51,498 bases of DNA from Fibrobacteria bacterium (GCA_041746255.1 JBGTHM010000018.1:1-51498); one strand, 5' to 3'. Counted from the stretch's first letter, positions 40,160-50,564 are shown. Numbers and translations: made by a program. Notes: a model not told the origin generated them from the sequence alone.

Positions 40160-41299
40160 ATGCCTGCCATGATTGCCGACTCTACTATGGCGACCCGCGA
40201 AGAAAGGGATTGGAAGGAGCGTCTGCTCGCCAACCACATCGACAATCCCCGGGATTATGCGTCTTTCGTTTTAGGTAAGGTCTCGAGAACCTTCGCACTC
40301 AACATCCATGTGCTACCCGCCTCACTGCGCCGCCAAGTTTTACTGGCCTACCTTTTCTGCCGTATGGCGGATACCTTGGAGGACGACACCCTTTTGCTTC
40401 CCCAGGTTAAAACCGGAATGTTACGGGGATTCGCAGGATTATTCCGCGAAGGGATAGGCTTCGACGCGCAATTCCACGATTTCCAAAGTTCGCTTCCAGT
40501 CGAATGGAAAGACTCGGAAAAATGGGACCATTTGCTGCTCTATCATTCCCACTGGATATTCAACGAATACCATCAGATCGGGCCCAAGGCACGGGCCATT
40601 ATCGCGCGATGCGTAGTGGAAATGTGCAACGGCATGGCCGAGTTCGCCCACAAGCAGCATGTCATCGCCAAAGACGACGCCTTCATCGAAACCGTCGAGG
40701 AGTTGGACCGGTATTGTTATTTCGTCGCCGGCACGGTGGGAATCATGCTGGGAGAGTTATTCGCGACCCACACTCCCCTCATCGGCGCTTCCCGCTTGCG
40801 CAAACTGAAAGCCCTTTCAGTTTCCTTCGGATTGGGTCTGCAGTTGACCAACATTCTCAAGGATATTCAGGCGGACGGGGAAAGGAACATCTCTTTCATC
40901 CCCGGAGCCATGCTGCGGGAAAGAAATCTCAACGCCTCGGTATTGCTCTTACCCCAGAACCGCCGGGAGGCGGAGCCGGTGCTGCATGCGCTCATCGACA
41001 AGGCCCGACTCCATCTCGAAGACGCATTGGAATATTCCTGCCTACTCCCCCGCTTCGAACCTCGGCTACGCCTATTCTGCCTATGGCCGCTTTTCATGGC
41101 CGTGGAAACCCTGGTATTGGCCGCGGAAAACCAAAACGCCCTCCGCCCCGAAGTCAAAGTGAAGATAAAACGCGAACAGGTAGAACGTATCATCCGCATT
41201 ACGGGCCTGGCCTGTTGGTCCAACTTTCTTCTACGCCGACTTTTCCGTAAGCGCCTGGAACGCCTGGATGCCGCCTTATCGGCCTACCTTACCGCTTGA
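40160..41299 (+). CDS. squalene/phytoene synthase family protein (SQS-like)
   Basis: VSRTFAL flap, YLFCR.ADTLEDD, YCYFVAG.VG, LQLTNILKD; start uncertain (40160-40187). Confidence 0.88.
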   Translation: MPAMIADSTMATREERDWKERLLANHIDNPRDYASFVLGKVSRTFALNIHVLPASLRRQVLLAYLFCRMADTLEDDTLLLPQVKTGMLRGFAGLFREGIGFDAQFHDFQSSLPVEWKDSEKWDHLLLYHSHWIFNEYHQIGPKARAIIARCVVEMCNGMAEFAHKQHVIAKDDAFIETVEELDRYCYFVAGTVGIMLGELFATHTPLIGASRLRKLKALSVSFGLGLQLTNILKDIQADGERNISFIPGAMLRERNLNASVLLLPQNRREAEPVLHALIDKARLHLEDALEYSCLLPRFEPRLRLFCLWPLFMAVETLVLAAENQNALRPEVKVKIKREQVERIIRITGLACWSNFLLRRLFRKRLERLDAALSAYLTA

Positions 41300-41301
41300 A
41301 G

Positions 41302-41853
41302 ATGCTGAGCAAAGCCAACCTGCTGCGCCTTATCATGGTCATTACGGCTTTCGCCGCGGACCAATACACCAAATGGCTTGCGCGTAAGCATTTTTCCTTC
41401 GCCGGAGGCGAGCCGGACTATTGGAAAGTGGAGCCCATACTGGGCGAGTGGCTGCGCTTTCGGCTTGTCTTTAATGAAGGAGCCGCCTTCGGACTTTCCC
41501 CCCAATCCCTATTCCCCTTTTTGCATCCCAGTCTCTTTTTCGGCCTGGTGACCCTGATTGCCGTAATCGCCTTGGGCATCTATTACTTCCGTCTCCCCGC
41601 ATGGGAGGGAACCACGCGAACCGGCATCGCCCTCATTCTCGCGGGCGCCTTCGGGAATTTCGCCGATCGCATGGCGCTCCACAAGGTCACCGATTTCATC
41701 GATGCGGGCGTGCCGGGATTCAACCCGCGCTGGCCCACATTCAATCTCGCCGACGCGTATGTGTGCGTGGGCGTGGCTTTGATATTGATACTGCCGTTAT
41801 TCCGTTCTCCCGGTCGGGGGGAAGGGGAAGTTACGTCTAACCCAGTTGCTTAA
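41302..41853 (+). CDS. lspA: lipoprotein signal peptidase II
   Basis: DQYTK, NEGAAFG, GAFGNFADR, VTDFI, PTFNLAD. Confidence 0.95.
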   Translation: MLSKANLLRLIMVITAFAADQYTKWLARKHFSFAGGEPDYWKVEPILGEWLRFRLVFNEGAAFGLSPQSLFPFLHPSLFFGLVTLIAVIALGIYYFRLPAWEGTTRTGIALILAGAFGNFADRMALHKVTDFIDAGVPGFNPRWPTFNLADAYVCVGVALILILPLFRSPGRGEGEVTSNPVA

Positions 41854-42013
41854 ATTGGTCTTTCTGGAAACCTTTGCCATTCCAACTTGGGCCCGAATAA
41901 CATCTTGAATAGCCAATAGAAACAACCCCGGGTCTTTAGGCAATGTCAATCAGGGCTAAATTGGTAGGGGCGAAGAAAATTAAATTCCACAGAAAACAAG
42001 CAGTACCGCATTC

Positions 42014-43447
42014 ATGGATTATTACAGCCTCATAAAACTTCGCAGTACGCATCCTGCCTGGCGCCTGCTCGCGGCGGAACATGCGCCACTGGTGGTCGGA
42101 TTTCTACATAAGAATTTCATAGAACCCAACATCCGTAATTTTTCCGAATCGGCATTGGCATCACGTCTGGAGGACTATTTATATCCGCTTCGCGATGCCC
42201 AGACGGGCCTCTTCCCGAAAAGCGCGGAAGCCTATTTGGGAGATTGGGCCGATGACAAGCGGGGGTGGCTTCGCAAATACTATCCGGCCGACAGCGACGA
42301 AGTCCATTTCGATTTGACGCCGGCCGTCGAAAAAGCCGTCGAGTGGCTGGAAGGGCTCAGGCGGAAGCAATTCGTAGGCACGGAGTCGCGCCTTATGACG
42401 ATATTCGCCTTGTTACGACAGATGGTGGAAGGCACGGAGGCCAGTCCGGAGACGCGCATCGCCGAATTGGAAAAAAAGCGCGCCCAAATCGATGCCGATA
42501 TTCTTCGACTACGCGAAGGCCAGGTCGATTTGATGGAGGAAACCCAGATAAAGGATCGCTTTCAGCAAATGGCGAACACGGCGCGCGGACTGTTGTCGGA
42601 TTTCCGTGAAGTGGAGCAGAATTTCCGCGAGCTCGACCGGCAAGTCCGGGAACGCATCGCTTTGTGGGAAGGAAGCAAAGGGGAATTGCTGGAAGAAGTT
42701 TTCGGGGAACGGGAAGCCATTGCCGATTCCGACCAGGGCAAGAGCTTTAGGGCTTTCTGGGATTTTTTGATGTCCCCATCGCGACAAGAGGAACTTTCCA
42801 AACTCCTGGAAATGGTATTCGACTTGCCGGCAGTGCGGCAATTGGAACCCGATCGGCGTCTGGCGCGCGTCCATTACGATTGGCTCGAGGCGGGCGAAGT
42901 GGCGCAGCGCACGGTGGCGCGACTTTCGGAACAGCTTAGACGCTATCTGGACGACAAGGCCTGGATGGAAAATCGCCGCATCATGAACTTGTTGCGCGAG
43001 ATTGAACAAAACGCCTTGGCCGTGCGCGGCAATGCACCCGCCGAAACTATCATGGAACTGGATGAGGCCGCGCCTTCGTTGGAATTGCCCATGGAGAGAA
43101 CCTTATATAGCTCCCCGGTCAAACCTCTTATCCTTGAACGAGTAACCGCTGAAGGCCAGGCGACTTTCGACATCGATGCGCTTTTCGACCATGAATACGT
43201 GGATAAGGAAAGATTACGGATGGCGATTCGCAGGTGCCTGGAGACCCGCTCGCAGGCCACCCTGGGAGAAATTGTGGCGATTCACCCATTGGAGCAGGGT
43301 TTAGCCGAAATCGTGGCCTATCTCACCCTGGCTACGGAAGAGCAGGTGGCCATTATGGATGAATCCCGGCCGGAAACGCTGCTTTGGACCGATGGCGAAG
43401 GAATTAAACGCCAGGTAACCTTGCCTCTAGTGCTCTTCAGTCGTTAG
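42014..43447 (+). CDS. jetA: Wadjet JetA (DUF3375)
   Basis: HPAWRLL.A..AP, GWLRKYY, FVGTESRL, SDQGKSFRAFWDFL; first gene of a four-gene operon. Confidence 0.92.
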   Translation: MDYYSLIKLRSTHPAWRLLAAEHAPLVVGFLHKNFIEPNIRNFSESALASRLEDYLYPLRDAQTGLFPKSAEAYLGDWADDKRGWLRKYYPADSDEVHFDLTPAVEKAVEWLEGLRRKQFVGTESRLMTIFALLRQMVEGTEASPETRIAELEKKRAQIDADILRLREGQVDLMEETQIKDRFQQMANTARGLLSDFREVEQNFRELDRQVRERIALWEGSKGELLEEVFGEREAIADSDQGKSFRAFWDFLMSPSRQEELSKLLEMVFDLPAVRQLEPDRRLARVHYDWLEAGEVAQRTVARLSEQLRRYLDDKAWMENRRIMNLLREIEQNALAVRGNAPAETIMELDEAAPSLELPMERTLYSSPVKPLILERVTAEGQATFDIDALFDHEYVDKERLRMAIRRCLETRSQATLGEIVAIHPLEQGLAEIVAYLTLATEEQVAIMDESRPETLLWTDGEGIKRQVTLPLVLFSR

Positions 43448-43457
43448 ATTTTTCCAT

Positions 43458-44093
43458 GTGAATGCCCAGGACTCGAACCAAGCTTTTTCCCAGATTCTCA
43501 TCGGGCTGCTCAAAGGCATGCTTTACTCCGATGCCGACGCCGGTCGCTGGCAAGCCCTGCTGCAATTGCAGGCCCGCGTGCGCGACCATGTAGCCGTGCT
43601 CGGACTGGAACTGGTTTTGGATGAAGCCGAAGGTTACGCCTATCTCAAGCAACGCCCCGCCATCGAGGGGGAACCCGAACTTCCGCGTTTGGTGGTACGC
43701 CGACAACTCGGCTATTCCGTAAGCCTATTGCTGGCTCTCCTGCGGAAAAAACTGGCCGAATTCGATGCCCTTGGGGAGGACAGTAAGCTGGTTCTGTCAC
43801 GCGCCGAAATTGCGGAAATGGTCAAGGTATTCCTTCCCGACACCGGTAATGAAGCCCGATTGATGGATAAACTCGACAGCCACATTTCGAAAACCGCGGA
43901 GCTGGGTTTTCTCCGCCGCCTGAAAGGCGACGACAGCCGCTTCGAAGTGCGCCGCATTCTGAAAGCCTTCGTGGATGCCCAATGGCTGCAGGAATTCGGA
44001 AGCCGCCTGGAAGCTTATCGCTCCCATGCACAGGAAGCCTTATCCGATAACACCTCCGATACTTCGCCTATACGGCCTGGGGAGGCGTCTTGA
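43458..44093 (+). CDS. jetB: Wadjet JetB (DUF4194)
   Basis: [20 protein letters not shown]...[26 protein letters not shown]. Confidence 0.92.
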   Translation: MNAQDSNQAFSQILIGLLKGMLYSDADAGRWQALLQLQARVRDHVAVLGLELVLDEAEGYAYLKQRPAIEGEPELPRLVVRRQLGYSVSLLLALLRKKLAEFDALGEDSKLVLSRAEIAEMVKVFLPDTGNEARLMDKLDSHISKTAELGFLRRLKGDDSRFEVRRILKAFVDAQWLQEFGSRLEAYRSHAQEALSDNTSDTSPIRPGEAS

Positions 44094-47000
44094 TCGGTAA
44101 TTCGGAACCGCTCCAAACCCAATTGGAATGGGTGGAAAAAGACGAATTGGCCGGCTTCAGGCTTCAGCGTCTCGAGCTTTTCAATTGGGGTACATTTAAC
44201 CAGAATATCTGGTCTTTTGATCCCGCGGGCAAAAACGCGCTGCTCACCGGCGATATCGGATCCGGAAAATCGACCGTGGTGGATGCGGTGGCCACCTTGC
44301 TCGTGCCGCCGCAAAAGGCGGCTTATAACAAAGCGGCGGGAGCCGAGTCCAGGGAACGTACGCTGCGATCGTATGTCCTGGGTTATTATAAATCCGAACG
44401 ACAGGAAAGTTCGGTTTCAGCCAAGCCGGTAGCGCTCCGGGACACCGGGACCTATTCCGTACTCTTGGGCCGCTTCTTCAATGCCGGCTTCAACCTTTCG
44501 GTTACCTTGGCCCAGGTATTCTGGCACAAGGACGCCGAGGGACAGCCCGCGCGATTCTATGTGGTGTGCGACGGACCTTTGGCCATCGCCACGCATTTCA
44601 CGCAATTCGGAACCGACATCCAGGCCTTGCGCAAACGCCTTCGGGCTTTGCCCAACGTGGAACTGTTCGAAACCTTTCCGCCCTATGCCGCGACCTTCCG
44701 CCGCCGCTTCGGCATCGCCAATGAGCAGGCGCTCGATCTTTTCCACCAGACCATTTCCATGAAATCGGTTGGCAATCTCACGGAATTCGTGCGGCAGCAC
44801 ATGCTTGAATCATTCGAGGCAGAGCCGCGCATCACCGCCTTGATCGGGCACTTCGACGACCTCAACCGGGCGCACGAAGCCGTGCTGACGGCCAAGATGC
44901 AGGTGGAAAGACTGACACCCCTGGTAGAAGATTGCCGCCGGCACCGCGAACTCGCCGCGGAATCCGATTCGTTGCGCAATTGCCGCAACGCCCTGGACGC
45001 CTGGTTCGCGGGAATCAAAGGCGCACTGTTGTCCAAGCGCCGGGAAAACCTGGAATCGGAAGCGTCCAAGCTGGAAGCCCGTCTCGAAACTGCCAAGGAA
45101 CGATTGGCTGGCCATAAAGCGAAACGCGATGAAATCAAACTGTCCATCGCGGAAAACGGCGGCGATCGGCTCGAACGGCTACGCTCCGAAATCAGCCGGA
45201 CGGCAAAGGATAAAGAGGAACGTCACCGTAAAATGGATCAATACCGGTCGCTGGCCGAACTGGCCGGGTTACCGGAACCCGACTCGACGGATGCCTTCCT
45301 CGCCAACCGCCTCGCTCTGGAAACCGGCCTCGAGGAGTCCGAATCGCGTGAAGCCGATTTGCAGAACGCCCGCACCGAATCCGAAGTGCGGTTTCGGGGC
45401 CTGCGCGATCAACATGACTCGGTTGAACATGAGCTGACCTCGCTGCGCTTGCGCCGCACGAACATACCCACGCATATGCTGGATTTACGGGCGGAGCTGT
45501 GCCGCAGCCTGCAATTGGAGGAAGGACTGTTACCCTTTGCCGGGGAACTCATCCAGGTCCGGGCCGAAGAGAGCGATTGGGAAGGTGTTACGGAAAGGCT
45601 ATTGCACAACTTCGGACTATCTTTGCTGGTTTCCGACGACCTTTACCTCCGCGTGGCCGGGTGGGTGGATAAGACCCACCTGGGCAAGCGGCTGGTCTAT
45701 TACCGAGTGCGCGAAAATCGCACGGCATCCCCGGGCCGTGCCACAGCGCAATCGCTGGTAAGCAAACTCACCGTGAAGTCGGACTCCCACTTCTACAAAT
45801 GGCTGGTCAACGAACTCGAGCGCCGTTTTGATTATGCCTGTTGCGTATCGATCGAAGATTTCCGGCGCGCGGAAAAAGCCGTTACCCCCTCGGGTCAAAT
45901 AAAAGGCACCGGAGAGCGGCACGAAAAGGACGACCGCCATGGCATCGGCGACCGCTCGCGCTATGTATTGGGCTGGGCGAATGAAGCCAAAATCGCCGCT
46001 CTGGAAAAACAGAGAACCGATTTGCAAAAGCGCCTGCAAATTCAGGGTGAGGAGCTGGCGACAACGATTTCCGACCAAAGCACCCTGAAGGAAAAGCAAA
46101 ACCGTTTGCAGCAACTTTCGGTATTCGAAAATTTCCGTGAATTGGATTGGAAGCCCCTCGCGCTGGAATTACAGAGACTCGAGGAGGAAAAACGCGCCCT
46201 GGAAGCCGCCTCCGATAAATTGCGCGCTCTCGAAAACCAATTACGGGACGTCGAAACGGCACAAAAAGAAACCGAGAATGATATCGAGGACTTGCAACGC
46301 AACCGGGAACGCACCCGTTTGAAACAAGAGCAGGCCGTGGAACAGGCCGCCGAATGCGCCGCGCTCGTCTCGAAAGCATCCGAGGAGGTGAAGTCCTATT
46401 ATCCCCGCCTGGAAGCCCTGCGCGCAGAGGAATTGGGGGAAGCGGCATTGACGGTGGAGTCGTGCGATAATCGCGAGAAGAACATGCGCGAGAAGCTGCA
46501 AGCGCGCATCGACAAGCAAGCTCAGCGCATCAAGCGGATCGAGGAGAATATCATCAAGGCCATGGCCGATTACCGCAAGGACTATCCCCTGGAAACCCGG
46601 GAAGCGGATGCCTCGTTGGACGCCGCGGATGAATACGCCGCCATGCTCGACCGTCTGCTTACCGACGACTTGCCGCGCTTCGAGAAGCGGTTCAAGGAGT
46701 TACTCAACGAGAACACCATACGCGAAGTAGCCAACTTCCAATCGCAACTTGGCCGGGAGCGGCAAACCATCAAGGAACGCATCGAACTCATCAACCGGTC
46801 CCTCCGCGAAATCGACTACAACCCCAACCGCTATATCATTCTCGAAGTGACCGCGAGCATGGACGCCGACATCCGGGATTTCCAGCACGACTTGCGCGCC
46901 TGCACGGAAGGCGCTCTCACGGGATCCGAAGACGAAGCCTACTCGGAAGGCAAGTACCTGCAAGTCAAGCGCATTATCGAACGCTTTCGCGGGCGTGAGG

Positions 47001-47473
47001 GCACGGCGGAATTGGATCGCCGCTGGACAAAAAAAGTCACCGACGTGCGTAACTGGTTCTCTTTCTCCGCCTCGGAGCGCTGGCGGGAAGACGACAGCGA
47101 ACACGAACACTACACCGATTCGGGCGGCAAATCCGGCGGACAGAAGGAAAAGCTGGCCTATACCGTTCTGGCCGCAAGCCTGGCCTATCAATTCGGCCTG
47201 GAATGGGGAGCCACGCGTTCCCGCACCTTCCGCTTCGTGGTCATAGACGAGGCCTTCGGGCGCGGCTCCGACGAATCCACCCGCTACGGGCTGGAGCTTT
47301 TCAACCGCCTGAATCTGCAATTGCTGATCGTAACCCCTTTGCAGAAAATACAGGTGATCGAACCCTATGTTTCCGGCGTAGGCTTTGTGTACAACGAGGC
47401 GGGCCGCTCCTCCATGCTGCGCAATCTCACTATCGAGGAATACCGCGCCGAGCGCGACAAGCGCGACGCCTGA
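44090..47473 (+). CDS. jetC: Wadjet JetC SMC-like ATPase
   Basis: NWGTF, Walker [10 protein letters not shown], long coiled coils, KSGGQ signature, Walker B VVIDEAF. Confidence 0.95.
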   Translation: MIGNSEPLQTQLEWVEKDELAGFRLQRLELFNWGTFNQNIWSFDPAGKNALLTGDIGSGKSTVVDAVATLLVPPQKAAYNKAAGAESRERTLRSYVLGYYKSERQESSVSAKPVALRDTGTYSVLLGRFFNAGFNLSVTLAQVFWHKDAEGQPARFYVVCDGPLAIATHFTQFGTDIQALRKRLRALPNVELFETFPPYAATFRRRFGIANEQALDLFHQTISMKSVGNLTEFVRQHMLESFEAEPRITALIGHFDDLNRAHEAVLTAKMQVERLTPLVEDCRRHRELAAESDSLRNCRNALDAWFAGIKGALLSKRRENLESEASKLEARLETAKERLAGHKAKRDEIKLSIAENGGDRLERLRSEISRTAKDKEERHRKMDQYRSLAELAGLPEPDSTDAFLANRLALETGLEESESREADLQNARTESEVRFRGLRDQHDSVEHELTSLRLRRTNIPTHMLDLRAELCRSLQLEEGLLPFAGELIQVRAEESDWEGVTERLLHNFGLSLLVSDDLYLRVAGWVDKTHLGKRLVYYRVRENRTASPGRATAQSLVSKLTVKSDSHFYKWLVNELERRFDYACCVSIEDFRRAEKAVTPSGQIKGTGERHEKDDRHGIGDRSRYVLGWANEAKIAALEKQRTDLQKRLQIQGEELATTISDQSTLKEKQNRLQQLSVFENFRELDWKPLALELQRLEEEKRALEAASDKLRALENQLRDVETAQKETENDIEDLQRNRERTRLKQEQAVEQAAECAALVSKASEEVKSYYPRLEALRAEELGEAALTVESCDNREKNMREKLQARIDKQAQRIKRIEENIIKAMADYRKDYPLETREADASLDAADEYAAMLDRLLTDDLPRFEKRFKELLNENTIREVANFQSQLGRERQTIKERIELINRSLREIDYNPNRYIILEVTASMDADIRDFQHDLRACTEGALTGSEDEAYSEGKYLQVKRIIERFRGREGTAELDRRWTKKVTDVRNWFSFSASERWREDDSEHEHYTDSGGKSGGQKEKLAYTVLAASLAYQFGLEWGATRSRTFRFVVIDEAFGRGSDESTRYGLELFNRLNLQLLIVTPLQKIQVIEPYVSGVGFVYNEAGRSSMLRNLTIEEYRAERDKRDA

Positions 47474-47480
47474 AATCTCC

Positions 47481-48668
47481 ATGCCCTGGACCACCCCAGC
47501 CGATATACGCGCCCGCCTGCGAAAACATTGGGACAGGGGCACGCTCCTTTCGGCGCGACTTACGGGTGAAAACCCGTTTCCCCTAAAAATCTCCCTCGCC
47601 AAACCTTCGAGTCAAGACTTCTCCGGAAATTTCGAGGGTGTCCGCAATTGGATACGCGAGTTGGAAGAAGGATCCTTGGCCAAGCTGGGGTACGGCTATT
47701 CCATCGAATGGACGGAAATCAGCCATAGGCAACTGGGACGTAACCGTATCCCGGCCTCCGCGAGCATACCAAGCGAAAACGATGCCTTGCGTTTGCTTGG
47801 AAAACGATCCGAAACGGAACGCTTTGCACAATTGTGCCAGAAAACGCTGACCGTTTTTCCACAATTGCAGGAATGGCTGACGGCCAAACCCCATTCGGCG
47901 CTAAAACATGCCGATTGCTGGGATTCCATTCTAGCCGTACTGGATTGGTTCAAGCACAATCCCCGCTCGGGCCTTTATTTGCGGCAGGTGGACATCCCCG
48001 GCGTGGATACCAAGTTCATCGAAAGGCGCAAAGGGCTTTTTTCCGAATTGCTGGGCCTAATACTAACCGAACCCGCCGGTGAGAAAACCCCATTAGGCGC
48101 GCGTCATTTCGAGGCCCGCTTTGGCTTGCGCACAAAACCCATATTGATGCGATTCCGTTTCCTGGATACATCCCTGTTTCAGGCCAACCTTTCCGACATC
48201 TCCTCCCCACTGAATGAATTCGGCTCCTTAAATCCCCCCTGCCGGAATGTTTTCATTACCGAAAACGAAATAAACGGGTTGGCGTTTCCCTCGCTGCCCG
48301 ACAGCATGGTACTCTTCGGTCTCGGCTACGGAGTAGATTGCCTGGCGCATATACCCTGGTTACGGGAAAAACGGCTTTTTTATTGGGGCGACATCGACAC
48401 CCACGGCTTCTCCATCCTCAATCGCCTGCGCTCCATTTACCCCGAGACGCGTTCCTTTCTCATGGACAAGGAAACATTTTTGACCCATAAATCCTTATGG
48501 GTGGAGGAAGCAAGCCCCTTCAAGGGAACGCTGCCCCGGCTCCTTCCCGAAGAGTCCGCCGTCTTTTCGGATTTGTCCGGCAACGTATCCGGTTATCATG
48601 TCCGCCTGGAGCAGGAGCGCATTTCCTTCGGTTGGGTGGTAGAGCATGTGCATCGGTTATTGTCATAG
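47481..48668 (+). CDS. jetD: Wadjet JetD TOPRIM nuclease (DUF3322 + DUF2220)
   Basis: YLRQVDIPGVDTKFIE, ITENE, YWGDIDTHGF, RLEQERI. Confidence 0.93.
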   Translation: MPWTTPADIRARLRKHWDRGTLLSARLTGENPFPLKISLAKPSSQDFSGNFEGVRNWIRELEEGSLAKLGYGYSIEWTEISHRQLGRNRIPASASIPSENDALRLLGKRSETERFAQLCQKTLTVFPQLQEWLTAKPHSALKHADCWDSILAVLDWFKHNPRSGLYLRQVDIPGVDTKFIERRKGLFSELLGLILTEPAGEKTPLGARHFEARFGLRTKPILMRFRFLDTSLFQANLSDISSPLNEFGSLNPPCRNVFITENEINGLAFPSLPDSMVLFGLGYGVDCLAHIPWLREKRLFYWGDIDTHGFSILNRLRSIYPETRSFLMDKETFLTHKSLWVEEASPFKGTLPRLLPEESAVFSDLSGNVSGYHVRLEQERISFGWVVEHVHRLLS

Positions 48669-48721
48669 GCTTGGCTCTGCCGGGACAGTTTTTGTCCTAC
48701 CACCTAGTTTAGGTTTGGGTT

Positions 48722-49942
48722 ATGACACCGCAATTCTGGACCCAAAAGTGGATGGATCGTTTCCACCACCAATTTATTCGCCATACTAATAGCAGCCCTT
48801 ACTCCGACCCCGGGTTCCGGCCTGACTACGGGTATCTGGAAAAATTCCTGATGGCGCATCCCAAATCGCCGACCCAAATCGGCGAAACAGAGCTGCGCGA
48901 ATTTATCCAGTCGAAGGATAATCCCGGCTCGATTTCCATCAAGATCAAATCGCAATTACCCACCCTGTCGCTATTTTACCGGCAAACCATCCCCTCTACC
49001 CCGCATTTGGAATTACTGGAAGCGGTAACCGGAGAATTACGGGTCCAATCCAGGGGGGTACAGAGCGAAAATTGGCTGAAAAAGGCCGAACTGGAAATGA
49101 AGGCGCGAAACCTAAGCCGGGAAACGTTGAAAAATTACCTGCATGCCATCCGCCGTTATCTGTCGGCACAACCGGGAAACCCGGCCGTAGCCTCCGCCAG
49201 TATGGTGAAAAAGCACTCATTGCATTTACTGAATGAGGAGAAACTTTCGGCTTCCACGGTAAACCTGCATTTGGCGGCCCTGGGTTTTTTCTTCACCCAT
49301 GTGGCACGCAATCCGATGCTGTGGCAAGGGGTGAAGCGATTGAAGGAACCCAAAAAGCTACCGAAGGTGTATTCGTCAGGGGAAGTAAAGCGGTTACTGG
49401 AGGCCGTGGAGAATACCAAACATCGACTATTGTTGTCGCTGGCTTACGGATGGGGCTTACGTGTGCAGGAAATCGTGCAATTAAAGGTTACGGATATCGA
49501 TTGGGAAAGGAAGCTGATACGGATTCGGGGAAAAGGCTCGAAGGATAGGCAGGTAATGCTGGGAGAGAATGTGGGCATGCTTTTGCAGGAATATGCGGCG
49601 AGGCGCCCAGGCCTGCGGTTTGTTTTTGAAGGGCAATTGGAAGGCAGGCCCTATTCGACGCGCTCTGCGGAGAAGATTTTTCATCAGGCGCGAGCCAAGG
49701 CAGGGCTACGGCATTTGGGTGGTTTACACGTTCTGAGGCATAGTTTCGCGACTCATCTGCTGGAACAGGGGGTCGATTTGCGCTATATTCAGTCGCTTTT
49801 GGGGCATTCCAGTAGCAAAACCACAGAAATTTATACGCATGTTTCTGCTACGCATATCGCCAAAATCGAAAATCCGCTGGACAGGCTGGTAAAGGAACAT
49901 AGTCGGAACCAAGGGTTGGATAATGTTACCTTGGGTACGTAG
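48722..49942 (+). CDS. tyrosine recombinase, IntI-related but apparently lacking the I2 insert; two N-terminal SAM-like domains
   Basis: Intact catalytic set: GLRVQE (R), KGSKDR (K), HVLRH, LGH, IYTH (Y). The KDR-to-FVF segment is short. Confidence 0.88.
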   Translation: MTPQFWTQKWMDRFHHQFIRHTNSSPYSDPGFRPDYGYLEKFLMAHPKSPTQIGETELREFIQSKDNPGSISIKIKSQLPTLSLFYRQTIPSTPHLELLEAVTGELRVQSRGVQSENWLKKAELEMKARNLSRETLKNYLHAIRRYLSAQPGNPAVASASMVKKHSLHLLNEEKLSASTVNLHLAALGFFFTHVARNPMLWQGVKRLKEPKKLPKVYSSGEVKRLLEAVENTKHRLLLSLAYGWGLRVQEIVQLKVTDIDWERKLIRIRGKGSKDRQVMLGENVGMLLQEYAARRPGLRFVFEGQLEGRPYSTRSAEKIFHQARAKAGLRHLGGLHVLRHSFATHLLEQGVDLRYIQSLLGHSSSKTTEIYTHVSATHIAKIENPLDRLVKEHSRNQGLDNVTLGT

Positions 49943-49988
49943 TCGGAACTGGGTGTATGTGGAGGGGACCGACTAGAGGGAGTTGTCC
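49900..49988 (+). other. putative attI-like recombination site
   Basis: Direct repeat TAGTCGGAAC at 49900 and 49940, inverted CCGACTA at 49969-49975, then core GTTGTCC at 49982. Confidence 0.55.
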
Positions 49989-50558
49989 TCAATTGGCGGG
50001 GGCGGTCCCACCACAGTGAGATCGTCCATGGTTTCCAGGACGAAAGCTCCCTGTAGGTATTCTCTTCTTTTAGTCCTTCGGGAATACTTGTATTCCAAGA
50101 AGGACGTAGAAGAGAATACCAGGGATTCTTCCTACGGAAGAATCCCGTTAGGACCGCCTCGGCTGCGGGAAAATGCCGCAAGAAGTTGCGGGGACAGAAT
50201 TTGTCCACCCTCCTAGGCTAACTTCTTGCGGAACACCTTGATCCGGAGTCTCTATGCATTACCCTGCAGCCCCCGCCAACTCAGCCAGCCGCTACGCGTC
50301 TTCTGCCCTACGGGGCGGACAACAGCGACCTATGGCGGCTCGGCAAAGCCAAAGGACAAGCCTTTCGCCTCGCCCAAATGCCTCTGCTCCTCGTAGCAGG
50401 CGTTCAACCGGACCCGGAATCAGGGTCCCCTTGTCCCCAATTCCGGGTCTCGGTTTCCCGCATCCTACGCAGTCCTTGATTTGGATGCTATCATTATCAC
50501 ATCAAGGATTGCGTAGGACTGCTACGGTCGCGCCGGCACTTCGCCATAGGCGCGACCG
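49983..50558 (+). mobile_element. putative gene cassette 1 (ORF-less, structured) with its attC-like site
   Basis: Starts G|TTGTCC, contains the complementary GGACAAC (50317-50323), and ends at the next G|TT (50558). Confidence 0.55.
49993..50279. ncRNA. candidate structured ncRNA/ssDNA cargo of cassette 1
   Basis: Nested perfect stems: 10 bp 49993/50270, 8 bp 50001/50151, 13 bp 50056/50108, 11 bp 50122/50136, 12 bp 50176/50220. Confidence 0.45.
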
Positions 50559-50564
50559 TTGTGT
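50317..50564 (+). repeat. long branched attC-like site 1
   Basis: AAC-AGCGA-CCTATGGCG ... CGCCATAGG-CGCGACC-GTT closing stem; internal hairpins including an ACAAG loop. Confidence 0.6.

Noticed and set aside
46700..47602. 300-aa minus-strand ORF
   Set aside because: Antisense shadow of jetC/jetD.
48722..49942. Calling the recombinase xerC/xerD or canonical intI
   Set aside because: Extra N-terminal domain and accessory context argue against Xer; the IntI-specific insert is not visible.
50013..50054. TGAG...GTCC...GGACGAAA resembling a hammerhead ribozyme core
   Set aside because: The required CUGANGA is absent; the segment folds as a simple long hairpin.
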